Source: Octopus vulgaris
Lineage: Eukaryota
NCBI GenBank assembly: GCA_951406725.2
Contig: OX597817.1
Location: 71,672,001-71,736,000 of the forward strand
Reading direction: 5' to 3'
Length of the DNA: 64,000 nt
The notes beneath the pieces were generated by a model. That model had not been told where the DNA came from, ran no database searches, and saw only the letters and a program-made list of their open reading frames with translations. The first letter of the stretch is position 1. Each line of letters opens with the position of its first letter. The translations under genes and the position numbers were made by a program. Below, in pieces: positions 51,903-64,000 of this stretch.

Positions 51903-54831
51903 TGTGTGTATGCATGCATGTATATATGTGTGTATTTATGTATGTACATATGTATGTTCTCTTCAATTTTGAGTGACTTGAAATTTTCCTCCAAGGAAGG
52001 AGTTCGTTTCTAACAAAGATAGAAATATCCATCACTGGAATGTAAATAACAAAAACACATTCACACTTTGATCTTGAGAAATATCTTGCATAATTTTGCT
52101 GAATGGCCACAAGACATGTTCCGAAAGACTGCTGACATCGACGAGCCCCACAAAGCCAGAAAGTGTACGAGGAACGTATTACGGCAAGCGATCATAAAAT
52201 AGGAAATTCAAAACCAAGCATTCATCACAGTTTGTACTCTCAAGTGGATCCGGACCGAAGAGTAGAGTTTTGCCTGTAGTATTTGATCTGATATTTGACC
52301 AGTAGTATTTGGAGTGATAAGTCTAGATTTAAACTAAATGGTTCAATTAACCACTACAGTTGCATCTACCGGAGACCTGAAAATTCGCATATTATGGAGT
52401 AACGTTTTACTCATTTACCAGAAATAATAGTATGGTGCAGCTTATCATCAAAACGCAAAGATCTGGAACAAATATCACGAAGTGTCTCATCCGGCCCGGA
52501 ACTGGAACTACTTTTGTCGACCTCGAAAGGATGAAAAGCAAAGCTGACTTTAGAGTGATTTGAACTCTGTGAGCCGAGTGACGCAGTAAATACCACGGGG
52601 CATTCTTTCCAACGCTTTAACGACTGTACCAATTTGCCAAAGAAGGAGTAGACAGGGAAGAAGTTATAGTTTATTAAATCGAAGTCAAGGCTTAGCAGAT
52701 ACTAATGTTATCAAGCTTCTGTATGATTAAAAGCAAAGTAGACCAGACTCGAAATTGCATAGAACATTTAGAACGTAACTAAATTCTGCCAAAAAAAAAA
52801 ATCTGACAGATGCTCCTCAGATACTGCTCAACTAATTTTGCATTTATTTTTCATATTGTTAACTTATTCACAAGAACACATAATTTCTGAAAGAAATATA
52901 GTTAAGTATATCTCCACAATAGCTTAAACAGTGCTTTATTTTGTTGACTTCTTATTGGGTGAAAGGCAAAATTGGATATCCACGGAATTTAACCTAAATG
53001 TGAAATATCAGAACTAAATAACCCAAAGCATATTGTCCAACGTACTACCGATTCTGTTAATCCATTTTCTTTGAGTGATTTGAATATTGATTATTGTCAT
53101 AAGAACAAAGCAATGCTGTTTCGGAGACATAAACTTTAATTAAATTTACTACAATACATGATTAGTATTATATTTTATAAAGCCCGGAAAGGTGAAAAGC
53201 AATGTTAGCCTTGAAGGCATTCGACATTGGAAAGTAAAGATCCGTACTAAATTACTGCAGTGTGTTTTGTTACAGTTCGACTAGCTTCTGCCAAGCATGT
53301 GTATTGTTAAAACTGATTTCTTTCTAACATAGGAACAAAGCCTAACAATTACTGTATTTTTCGGACCCTGTGAGAATGAAAAGTGAAGCTGGCCTAAGAG
53401 GTTGTATTTATAATATCGACAAGTGTAATGAAGTTTAATCAAATTAAGTATAGTGTAGTTAGCATGGTGTAGTTACACCATTGGTTAAAGCACTGTAAAT
53501 CTTCAGTTCAATAGAATTGCAGTTTCTGTTACATTCTACTTCATTATTTTTCCAGAGGTAGTGAAGTGGAAGAGAATTTGGAGAAATTAGTTTCATCCGT
53601 CAGTTTTGAGCTCAAATACCGTCTTTTGTCTTTCAAATTACCGGTATCGATAAAATTAAAAAAGAGGCAGTCAATTGATCATAGCTCTCGCTCACTCCCA
53701 ACTAATTTGTGGCCTTTTGCGAATCAATATTTCCAATATTAATTATATTTTTATTTGGTCTGGCACAAAATCAACATTTTTTTTCAAGAGGAAGGAGATA
53801 TATATTTCGCCATTTTAACTTTCCTCATTTATCAGTGAAATGTCTTGTTGCCCTGAGTAACGGAATGTTTAATAAACAGGGCTTTTAATATCTGAAATCT
53901 CACATTGCATTACTTCTTTCCTTACGTTGTTGGAATGCCAAAGTAGTCAGCAGGTCAGCCAGTCAGTCATATTAAACACCACCTCCTTAGTTACATGAAC
54001 GCAACGAGTGTGAGAAGAGTACAGGGTTGATAACCAATATAAATAAATGCTTTGCGATATTTCATTACGTGAATTTACGCAGTGATTTCAATTCCTGCTA
54101 TGATCTACTCTGCCTTTCATCCTTTTCAGGGTGTAGAATATAAACTATGTACTTGTCAAGTAGTGGGTTTGATGTAATCGACTCAGTTTTAGAAATCAAT
54201 AACTAATAACGATCTTAATAATGTATTTCAGCCAACGTAAACCTATAAATTTTGTTGGTAATTTGACTGCTAAAGCAACTATATAATATTAGTATATTAC
54301 TGCTACTTATTCTATTTTGATAAAGAAACTGTGAGGCAAAATTGATCCACGATATGGTTTCAAGAACGTACAATGCTGGTCATTGATTAGAATTCAAGCT
54401 TAGCTGGGCGACACAACAAAATAATACATTCTAATTGATAGTTATTTTTATCCATGGACTTGGGGCTGACTCAGTCAAAGAAACAGTAGAATTTAAGTGT
54501 TATACTCGAATATGTGAGGCAAATTGACAGCAGCCTGTTAATTTCTGATTAAGCAGCTATAGGAGTATAGTTCTAATATGAGACGACAAGGAGTAAATAT
54601 AGTTAGTTTCTCATGTAAGGTGTTAAGATAATAGTCAACTCGAAGCATTAGAATTTTTTAAAAATCTGTGTCTTGGTGCCACGAGGAGCAATCGAAGAAG
54701 GTGGTATATTTTTGGAAACAAACTTCTTAAACACGTAGACCTACCTGCATTCATACGCACGCACACACATATACGTACATATATACATACATACATACAT
54801 ACATACATACATACATACATACATACATACA

Positions 54832-54943
54832 TACGGCTTTATCACGTCGAATGCACCGGTTCTCGTCCGATCATCCAAGTTAAGCAACGTCGAGTTTAGT
54901 TAGTACTTGAATGACCGCTCGGGAAACCTATATGCTGTAAGCA
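54832..54943 (+). pseudogene. 5S rRNA pseudogene (possible SINE3-like head)
   Basis: TACGGCtttATCACGTcGAATGCACCGGTTCTCGTCCGATCAtCcAAGTTAAGCAACGTCGAG..GTTAGTACTTGaATGACCGC..GGGAA..TGCTGTAAGC matches metazoan 5S, with a short deletion in box C. Confidence 0.88.
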
Positions 54944-55384
54944 TCTCACATATTTTATTATTATGGTGGTGCTCCAGCATGGCCTCTATAAAATGACTGA
55001 AACAAGCAAATGAATAAAGGAATACACACACACACACAGAATTAATTAGAGGTTGTATTAACTTCATGAAGAGATGGTTTCATCCAAGGAAATACTAGTT
55101 CAATACCTAGTATTTTGGAGGAATGAATTTCCTTAAAATAATAGGTATATATATAAAAACATATAGTTTATATTTATTTAAAAGAAGAAAATGGAGATTG
55201 GGAAGTTAATAATTGTTTATTATTAACAGCAAATTGGTCATCTTTACTTACAGCTGTTTCTGTTAATACTCAACAAAGATCAAATATACATTTATGCGAC
55301 ATGAGCATAATATCAGAGGAAAAAAGACGTATCTTTGGATGCTACATGTGTGTTTGTGAATTCAGTTTAGCAGACTCTGCTAAA

Positions 55385-55600
55385 ACATATGTATGTGTTT
55401 GTGTGTCTGTGTTTGTCCCATTACCATCGCTTGACAACCGATGTTGGTTTGTTTACGTCCTCGCAACTCAGTGGGAAGACTGATAATATAATTACAGGGC
55501 TTACAAAGAATAAGTTCTGGAGTCGATTTGTTCGACTAAAGGCGGTGCTCTAGCATGACCGCAGTCAAATGACTGAAACAAATAAAAGAATAAAAGAATA
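55385..55600 (+). mobile_element. SINE family B 3' half
   Basis: catcgcttgacaaccgatgttgg..cttacaaagaataag..ggcggtgctctagcatgaccgcagtcaaatgactgaaac. Confidence 0.85.
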
Positions 55601-55669
55601 TATCGCTAGAAGCTGAATAATATCATTGTAAAATGGTTTTGCAATACTGGAGGGAATTAGTTGACAGCA

Positions 55670-55810
55670 ATACTGGTTTCAAATTTTGGCACAAGGCTAG
55701 CAATATCGTGGGGAGAGGGCAAATCGATTACATCGATCTCAGTTTTCAACTGGTAGATATTTTATCGACCCGGAAAGGATGAAAGGAAAAGCCGACCTCG
55801 GTGGCATTTA
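55670..55810 (-). mobile_element. SINE family A fragment
   Basis: ttttatcgacccggaaaggatgaaagg..gacctcggtgg. Confidence 0.75.
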
Positions 55811-57440
55811 TTTGACTGTGATATCACAAACAGATCATCTGTATTTATCATAATTGACAATGTTTTATTCTTTTATGCCTTTACTTGTTTCGGTCATAGG
55901 AATGCAGCTCCACTGGGGCATCGCCTTGATCGGTCTAGTCGATCAAATCGACCTTGGTATTTGCCTACACTGCCTACACTGCCTACAGAAAGGAATTTCG
56001 TTTTTTATGTTAGGATATAAGCGCTAGTTTGTTCTATCCTGCGACGGCCCTTTTGCCAATAAGAAAAGTATGTTCAATGGTTCTATTTTACTGAATTTTA
56101 TTATTATTTGGCAGTTAGGTAACCAATTAACCAATTTACTAATCAATTGTTGCATTACTCGTTCGGTCGATAAATCAGTCGATTGGTTTTCAGAGTCCTT
56201 TTGTTGTAATTCGTGACTTCATCAACGAGTCTAACGAAAACACCGATATTGCGCAACTGGGAAATATTCTTTTACGCTATCGAAGGTATCCCTTTTTGTC
56301 GTAGGAAGACTACGCCAACAGCAAGACTGTTGCCATTAGCATCATCGTCGTCATCGATGACATTGTTACCACTGTCACCACACAATCATTACTACTATTA
56401 ATACTACTTCCACCATCACCACCACCACCACCACCACCATCGCCACTAAGGACATTAAGACCACCTTAATTATCATCAACATCATTAAACCAAATGCAGC
56501 TTATGATGGAATTGTGACCTATTCCTATAACTACAGACGTAGCACAGAATTGCTAATACGACGATATGAAACAGCCTACCTTCAGGGGATGGTTAAATGA
56601 ATCAGACAATAAGAATAACGAGAGGGTGACAGAGAGACTTAACACCTCAATCTCTTGAACGCCACCGTTCAGTTCTTACGTATCTTTAGCTGAATTCACT
56701 CTGTTGCTTGCATGCATTGCAGACAAACCTTGGGCCTGAGTCAGGATAAATCGATACCATGATACGATGGTTCCTAATGTAGTAACTCATGATTTGCGAC
56801 TTCTTCCTATTTTTCCATCCACTTTTTTGACTAAACGATAGTAAAATAAATGCTTTCGTGGTTTTGGCTATTGTTTAGCTAATAACCATAGATTATATGT
56901 TATTTACGCCAGTCGATTTCTTTTATTTCACTATTCAGCTATTTTTTCTAAAACAACAAATCGCAGAAACCTTTTACAATTAAATTTTAAATTCTTCAAC
57001 ATTGATTCATCACTGTATGACGTCTCATAAAGTACGTGTTTTTTTAAAATCAAAAACACACACATACTGTTTCACACAGGCATACACACACGCACAAATG
57101 CACATTAAAAAGGGCACAGATATAATAACATCAATGTTATGGTTTTCCTTCTGAAATATACATGTATTGTTCTCGGGTTTAACTGCTTTGCACGCATTTT
57201 ATTTTAATTGTTAAGTTCAATCAAACAATGAAGTCGATTACTTTAAAACAAATCGTTTTCCGGTTTTTTATATGATGCATCATTCTTGGTCGTTTAAAAT
57301 TATACTGTCAGGTTTTAGTACATTATGGTACTAATGCTTGCCAATTTTATTTACAAGCATATTAATTCATTCATTTTGCAGAAGGCAACGGGTACATCCC
57401 TTCTATGAGACCAAACCAATAAAAATGGTATAGATAAATG

Positions 57441-57492
<52 letters not shown>

Positions 57493-57578
57493 GATGAGTG
57501 TATTTTTATCAGTGGAATTTTCGAAACATGTGTCGAAAGTAAAAATACTTGTTTAAACCTGCGTTAACTCCATTTTTT

Positions 57579-57634
<56 letters not shown>

Positions 57635-57638
<4 letters not shown>

Positions 57639-57752
57639 CCTGCTCGCTTAGCCAGCGGGGTGGCGTCATTCAAAGGCTAAAACAATGCGAACGCATTGTG
57701 ACCAGCGATGTGTAACAACATCTGATAGTCTGGTCGGTCACGTGATCACGTG

Positions 57753-57753
<1 letters not shown>
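57635..57753 (+). mobile_element. Structured ~120-bp insert in (TA)n, probably a 5'-truncated SINE 3' tail
   Basis: GC-rich, several hairpins, ends TCACGTGATCACGTGA, embedded in TA repeats. Confidence 0.5.
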
Positions 57754-57783
<30 letters not shown>

Positions 57784-57802
57784 TATATATACATGATATA
57801 TA

Positions 57803-57855
<53 letters not shown>

Positions 57856-57859
57856 TTAT

Positions 57860-58152
57860 GTGAAGGCGCATGGTTCAGTGGTTAGAGCGACGAGCTTACG
57901 ATCTGGGGTTTTTGAGTTCGACTCCTGGACCGGACTGCGTGTTGTGTTCTTGAGCAAGACACTTTATTTCACGTTGCTCCAATTAACTCAGCTTTAGAAA
58001 CGAGTTGCGACATAACTTGTGCTAAGCTGTATCGGCCTTTGCCTTTGCCTTGGATAACATCAATGGTGTGGAGAGGGGATGCTGGTATGCATGGGCGACT
58101 GCTGGCCTTCCTTAAACAACCTTACCTAGACTTGTGACTCGGAGGGGAACTT
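57860..58152 (+). mobile_element. tRNA-derived CORE-like SINE family D
   Basis: A box TGGTTCAGTGG, B box GAGTTCGACTCC, CORE-like GTGTTCTTGAGCAAGACACTTTA. Confidence 0.8.
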
Positions 58153-58289
58153 ATATATATTGAAAAAGTTGCAAGACGCAACGAGTATATATATTGAAAA
58201 GGTTGCTAGATGCAATGAGAATTGTATAAAAAATAAGTAAATGAGTGGAAATCGAATTGGTGATTGTGTTAAATAATAAGAATGATTCT

Positions 58290-59752
58290 CCCCAGACACA
58301 ATATAAATCACGTCTCGTGGACCGTGCTTCTGCTCTTTCTCCCTGCCCCGCCCCGCCATTGCCCGTCTCCCGTTTCCCCTCACCTACCGCCCCTTCACCC
58401 AGTGCGCCATTCTCCAAGACTTCCGGCGACTCCAGTCCGACCTCTCCACCTCACACATCTTCCCAAACCTTACCTTCCCTCTTTCAACCAAGCCCATAAC
58501 CTGCGTGACATCCTGGTTCACAGTTTCTTCCATAAGTCCCCCTCCCAGCCTGGCTCGTTCTACCTGCCCCTACCTCTCCAAAGCCACCATCCTCACAGGG
58601 ACTCATCATCGTCTAGCACGTCTAGCAACGTCATTTACTGCATCTCCTGCTCTTTCTGCCTTTCCCTGTACATCGGTTAAACGGGACGCCGCTTGGCTGA
58701 CCGGTTCACGGAGCACCTCCGAGACATCAGACTCAGCAATGACACCCCGGATCTCGCCATTTCCGCTCTACCGGTCATTCACTACAACATCTGTCTGTGT
58801 TCGGGCTGTTGTTGCATAGGAGCCATTCGGACTTCCGCCTTCGTCGTGAACAGGAATTAATTTTCTCTTTTCACTCCTTTGCGTCAAATGGACTCAACTC
58901 CCATCATCTCTTCATCTAACACTCACTTCCTCTCTTCACTCCTATTTACTTCCTCTCTTCATTGATATACCTAACCCCCCCCACACACACTTACATCTCC
59001 ACCCCACACCACCATACTACCCCCACACACTATCACTGACCACTTCCAAGCATCCACACACCCACACCATCATCCACACACCCATAGACAATCTTCAACA
59101 GCGAACCCACACATACCACTACATGAGGAGCCACACACTGTGTAACACCACACACCATCACGCACACTCCAACACCCACACAAGCACATAATACCTGAAC
59201 GCAGGCTATATATACATACACACGCAACACGCTTTAACACACGATACAAACATAGTTAATTTACGCCTACATGTATACACCATACACATGCATACTGTTT
59301 GGTCATAGACACATACGTACACACACCATGGGAAAAGCTCATCTCAACTGATACACACACACACACACACACGTTACAAACGCACACACTTACACACGCA
59401 GACGTCAAAGTCACTAGCCCCTATTCACACACACACACACATCTACACATTCATACACACCGTTCTCACATGCAAAGACACGCACGCGTACCTTCAGATC
59501 ACCAGCACTTTATTATTTACCTTTCTTTGAAACTATTTTTCTAATCATTCGCCATGCTTGACAGCTAAAGCTACAACTCTTTTTTATTATCTTTCATTCT
59601 CTCTCTGTTTATTTTCTCTTATTCCTATCTTCTGAAGAGCGTAGCCTCGAAACGTAAAAGATTTTTTCATTTCTCCCAGTGTCAAACTAATACGCCTGTT
59701 TGTTGTTCAAACACCTGTCTTCATCTTTTGCAGTTCTATAAATTCCAACTAT
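58290..59752 (+). mobile_element. Penelope-like element 3' part: decayed GIY-YIG endonuclease plus pseudo-LTR
   Basis: NLRDILVHS..STSSNVIYCISCSFCLSLYIG*TGRRLADRFTEHLRDI..RREQELI..NGLN, stop at 58917-58919. Hammerhead-like motif at 59632-59660. Confidence 0.85.
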
Positions 59753-59919
59753 ATGTGTGTGTGTGTACACACACATACATATATGCACACTCATACAGAA
59801 GAGAGAGAAAGAGAGAGAAAGAGAGAATAACAGGGAACAGGTTGGCGGTATTTCATTTATTTCGTTTCTAATTCGATAGTTTCTCCGACTAAAATATCGT
59901 GTACGCAAGGTCACTGAAT

Positions 59920-60046
59920 AATTCTTTTACTTATTCTTTGTAAGCTTAGTACTTATTCTATCGGTCTGTTTTTGCCGAGCCACTAAGTCATGAGGACGTA
60001 AATACACCAGAATCGATTGTCAAGCGATGTTGGAGGACAAACACAT

Positions 60047-60102
<56 letters not shown>

Positions 60103-60258
60103 GTACGACGGGCTTCTTTCAGTTTCCGTCTACCAAATCCACTCACAAGGCTTTGGTCGGCCCGAGGCTATAGTAGAAGACACTTTCCCAAGGTGCCACG
60201 CAGTGGGACCGAACCCGGAACCATGTGGTTAGTAAGCAAGCTACTTACCACACAGCCA
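59920..60258 (-). mobile_element. SINE family B
   Basis: Closely similar to 41884-42292. Confidence 0.9.
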
Positions 60259-60835
60259 TTTCTGATTAGATATAGCACAAATCGTATCATCAAATAGTAT
60301 GCTGAAATACGAATAATCCAAGTTTGCGTCATGGATACACACTCTAGAAACGCGTGTCAGTCAACGAGAACGAGGAGGTAGAGAGAAAGTGTGGTTCTGG
60401 GTGGGTAGCCGGAATAACATGGGTTGTGAGATATAAATAATGTCTAATCCATTACCTACACATCGGTGTAGGTAAAGGATTAGAGTCGCCACGAAGCACA
60501 CAAAAGGGAGGTCATAACTACGTCTACAAACGAAAAAAAAATTTGCAACAAGGCTCTCAGTAAATTGTTCAGGCCTTATTTTTCATAGATGTTATGTGAA
60601 GATTAAAAATGGCAAGTCTATTGGGTGTAGGAGTCGTCGAGCATAGGACTCGTAATGGGCCGATACGCACGATTGCAATTCTAAAAGGCCAACGGTTTGT
60701 ATGATGATTTTCATAAAAAGGATGGTGTAACTGTAGGATCTGTGTACATGGTCCGCATTTACTTCTCATTGGATGGAATATTTTCTTCTTAAATTTTATC
60801 TTAACGGAGCAGTAAACTATATATATATATATATA

Positions 60836-61048
60836 TTCAGGGGTGCTAAAAAGTTCTTGATTTTAAGGGTTACGCGAAAGGTCTGGCTGGAGGCCCAATC
60901 TTCCGAGTTCTTTGACAGTGCTTAGAGAAACTATAAGACACTATAAGTGTGTGAGTCTGAGAGGGGGATTTGTTAAATGAAATCCTAATTAACTGATCCT
61001 CCTGTATTTTCTTTACCCCGAGATGGGTACTTTTCAGCACCCCTCGTG
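60836..61048. mobile_element. Mariner-type MITE
   Basis: AGGGGTGCTAAAAAGT / ACTTTTCAGCACCCCT TIRs in TA context. A related lone terminus is at 721-742. Confidence 0.7.
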
Positions 61049-61092
61049 TATTATATACATACACATACTCTCTCTCTCTCTTTCTCAAACAC

Positions 61093-61138
<46 letters not shown>

Positions 61139-61201
61139 ATACGCACACACATATGTAAACTAGATAGACTGATAATGTGTATGTCTATTCCTGTTCGGAT
61201 A

Positions 61202-61486
61202 AGACCAGTTCAAACACATTTGAGAGGTATTTGAACCTGTAAAGGAAGTAGATAATATTTACTGATTTCAGATAAAGGGGTTTTGCTTTGTAAGCTGCTC
61301 AAAGTTGCTTCTCTTGGTATCTACAGCTGAAGAGAAATGCATTCATCAGTTCCATAGATGGCGTTGTGAATTGATCATGATGCTTTAACACCCGTTTTGT
61401 ATTCAGTGAGAATTTTTCTCCTCGACAATCTGCAGCGAAAAGCTCTTACCAGCTCAACTACTTCTGAAACATGTTTGAACTGGTCT
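61202..61486. mobile_element. Tc1/mariner-type MITE
   Basis: TA|AGACCAGTTCAAACA ... TGTTTGAACTGGTCT|TA, perfect 15-bp TIR with TA TSD. Confidence 0.75.
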
Positions 61487-62119
61487 TATATGGTATATGT
61501 CCTCTCACTGCTGCATATGTATATGTGTGCCCGCGACTCTGCATGTACATGTGTGACTTTGTGTATGTGTGTATGTGTGTGTGTGTGTCTGTGTGTGTGT
61601 GTGTGTGTGTGTTCGTGCGTATGCGTGCGCGTGGTTGTGTGAGTGTGCTTCTGAGCACACATACATACACGTATACGTACGGATGCATACACGAAAGTAG
61701 ATGGACATATACATATATACTTGCTACCCCCTCCACCCCAAGCACACGACGGATTTCTTGTCCACTTCGCGGTCAATTTCCTGTCCACCACGCCGTCGAT
61801 TTCCTCTTCCCCATGCGGGATTTTCCAACTAATTCTTGTCGCTGAAATACCAACATCGGACTGGTATACCACATGACCATCCCGACTTATCGCAGACTAA
61901 CGTCAAGTAGTAAACATTGACTCACTTCAATCGAACTCTCGTTCAGATCACAATGACCGAAGACTAGTCTCACGCTTGAAACTTAGAACCCCAAGGAGTC
62001 CGAATCAAACTGCTTTGATCTATGCATGTAACTCCCAATAAATGTGTTGAGTGCCCTTCTTTCGTTTGTCTACACACATGTGTGTGTGTTTGTATGTGTG
62101 TGTGTGTGCGTGTGTAGGG

Positions 62120-62262
62120 GGAGAATTCACAAAAAAAAACAAAAGACGAAGACAGGTGGTGTAGACAACAAACAGATGTATTAGTATAACGCTCAGGGAG
62201 TGAAAAAAGTCTTTAAAGTTTTGAGTCTACGCTCTTCCACAGAAAAGAACACAGAAAGAAAC
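62120..62262 (-). mobile_element. Penelope-like pseudo-LTR fragment
   Basis: Minus: TTTCTGTGGAAGAGCGTAGACTCAAAAC..ctaatacatctgtttgttgtctacaccacctgtcttcgtc. Same family as 4375-4552. Confidence 0.7.
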
Positions 62263-62450
62263 ATGTTTTCGCCCAGTTTTCCTCTATTTTTCCCTCCTCT
62301 GTTTAACTGTGTAGCCTCTGTTATCCCATCCGGAACCATCTTAACGGAGGTTATCCAGTCGGCGTTTCTCATCGGTTGTTTAGAAGCATATATTTTATAT
62401 TATGAAAATGTATGCATGTATATATACACACACACACACGTACATATACA

Positions 62451-62533
<83 letters not shown>

Positions 62534-62556
62534 ATATCTATCTATCTATCTATCTT

Positions 62557-62590
<34 letters not shown>

Positions 62591-63321
62591 CACATTCATA
62601 TATACATATATATACACATATATATATAAATATATATATATACATAGATATATACACACACACACACATATATATATATATGTATATACACACACTCACA
62701 CACACGTGAGTGGTGGTGTTGCGCATGCGTGTATACTTATAAACGCAAACATACATGAATGAATGTATATATATGTACGTATGTATGTGTGTATGTGTTG
62801 TATTTATGTATGTATTTGCATAACTATATATATGTGTATGGATGTGAGTGTGCGTTTGTTTGTGTCCCTTCTACTTCAATGAATTAACGGTAGCACAATG
62901 TAGTACACACTTTGATATGCGAAATTAATTGCATGTACTGATATAGTAGATATGAAGATATCAATGTTGTCATGAAGATAATTCATTTACGCGAAACTGA
63001 AGTTCTCCTCTGTACTTTAGTAGTTAAAAGTTTAAATGAAAAGAGATTCGCCGACGTCAAGGGTCATTGAGAATTTAAAGTGATAAGATTTTTCGCTATT
63101 CAGAGATGATAGCTTCAGACGTCTACTATTATAAATATTTCAAAGACATATCAAGAGAAACCAGGAGAGATAAATAAATATAAATAAATAAATACACACA
63201 GAATATTTGTGTGTTTGTGTGTGTTTTTTGAGTATGCTTGAATAAGAGAGTAAGTTGTGCAGAGAAAACTTATCGATATATATGTGTGTATGTGTATATA
63301 TATATGTATATATATAAATAC

Positions 63322-63429
<108 letters not shown>

Positions 63430-63711
63430 AAGTATGTATACTTATGCATAGATTAGCGAGGTTATGGACATCCAAGATGAAGCGACAGGATTTATCACCG
63501 AAGATTATAGAACCGGTATAGTCAGTATTGACACTAATTTAGATTTAGGGACACCGTAAATTCCCCTTCCTTGTCCCGTTTTATCTGCAAGACTCGACAG
63601 GAGGGATCTGAATGCTTCATCTCTGGGAACATAACCGACAGCTCTCCTCTACATTCTAATGGATAGATAAGTAAAAGAAATCAAGGGCTAATCTCAATAA
63701 TGCTATATATA

Positions 63712-63885
63712 TATACGACGAAGTTCTTTCAGTGTCCGTTTACCAAATCCACTCACAAGGGTTTAATCGGCCCGAGGCTTTAGCAGCAGTCACTTGCCCA
63801 AGATGCCATGTAGAGGGACTGAACCTGAAATCGTGTGGTTAGGAAGCAAGCTTCTTACCTTCTTACTATACAACACCTGTGCCTC
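63712..63885 (-). mobile_element. SINE family B 5' half
   Basis: accaaatccactcacaaggg..cggcccgaggct..cttgcccaagatgcca..gggactgaacc. Confidence 0.8.
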
Positions 63886-64000
63886 AAAATATGCAAAAGG
63901 ATATCCAGAGGTGGTGCACTACGACCGTTTCAAGCGGTTCCATTTAATTGAACAATGCAATCATCACATCAATTTAAATGTAGGGCTATCCGTGCTCTTT

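Noticed and set aside
57375-57420. WFGLIEGMY on the minus strand as the GPCR TM3 exon
   Set aside because: Wrong W-to-EG spacing, no YLH or GW end, and no suitable splice sites.
60335-60365. GAAACGCGTGTCAGTC hammerhead 3' half
   Set aside because: No matching CUGANGA or stem II upstream.

Overview
AT-rich, microsatellite-saturated eukaryotic DNA. The repeat types suggest an octopus/cephalopod genome (inference). The only host-gene signal I can support is two small minus-strand coding exons: 40600-40660 (61 bp) and 30702-30771 (70 bp). They splice in frame to GFPLLFLIPWVISRIKYDNTLCWNINQRRGILWIIRAPLVLIIV, the TM4-ECL2-TM5 segment of a class B1 (secretin/PTH-receptor-like) GPCR, so most or all of the window is probably intron of that gene. 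The rest is transposon material: several tRNA-derived SINE families; L1/Tx1, CR1/L2-like, RTE, R4/Dong-like and HERO-like LINE remnants; mariner fossils and MITEs; a Helitron-like and a Helentron/HINE-like element; Penelope-like elements; a 5S rRNA pseudogene; and a near-perfect 2.75 kb tandem duplication. Most notable are an apparently intact type I hammerhead ribozyme on the GPCR sense strand (13677-13767), a family of variant-core hammerhead-like motifs, a TSD-flanked Tx1-like element with a doubled ORF1 module but no EN/RT, and a 5S-head/SINE-tail chimera. Most ORFs in the supplied track are microsatellite artefacts. All calls were made by eye, and repeat boundaries are approximate unless TIRs or TSDs are quoted.
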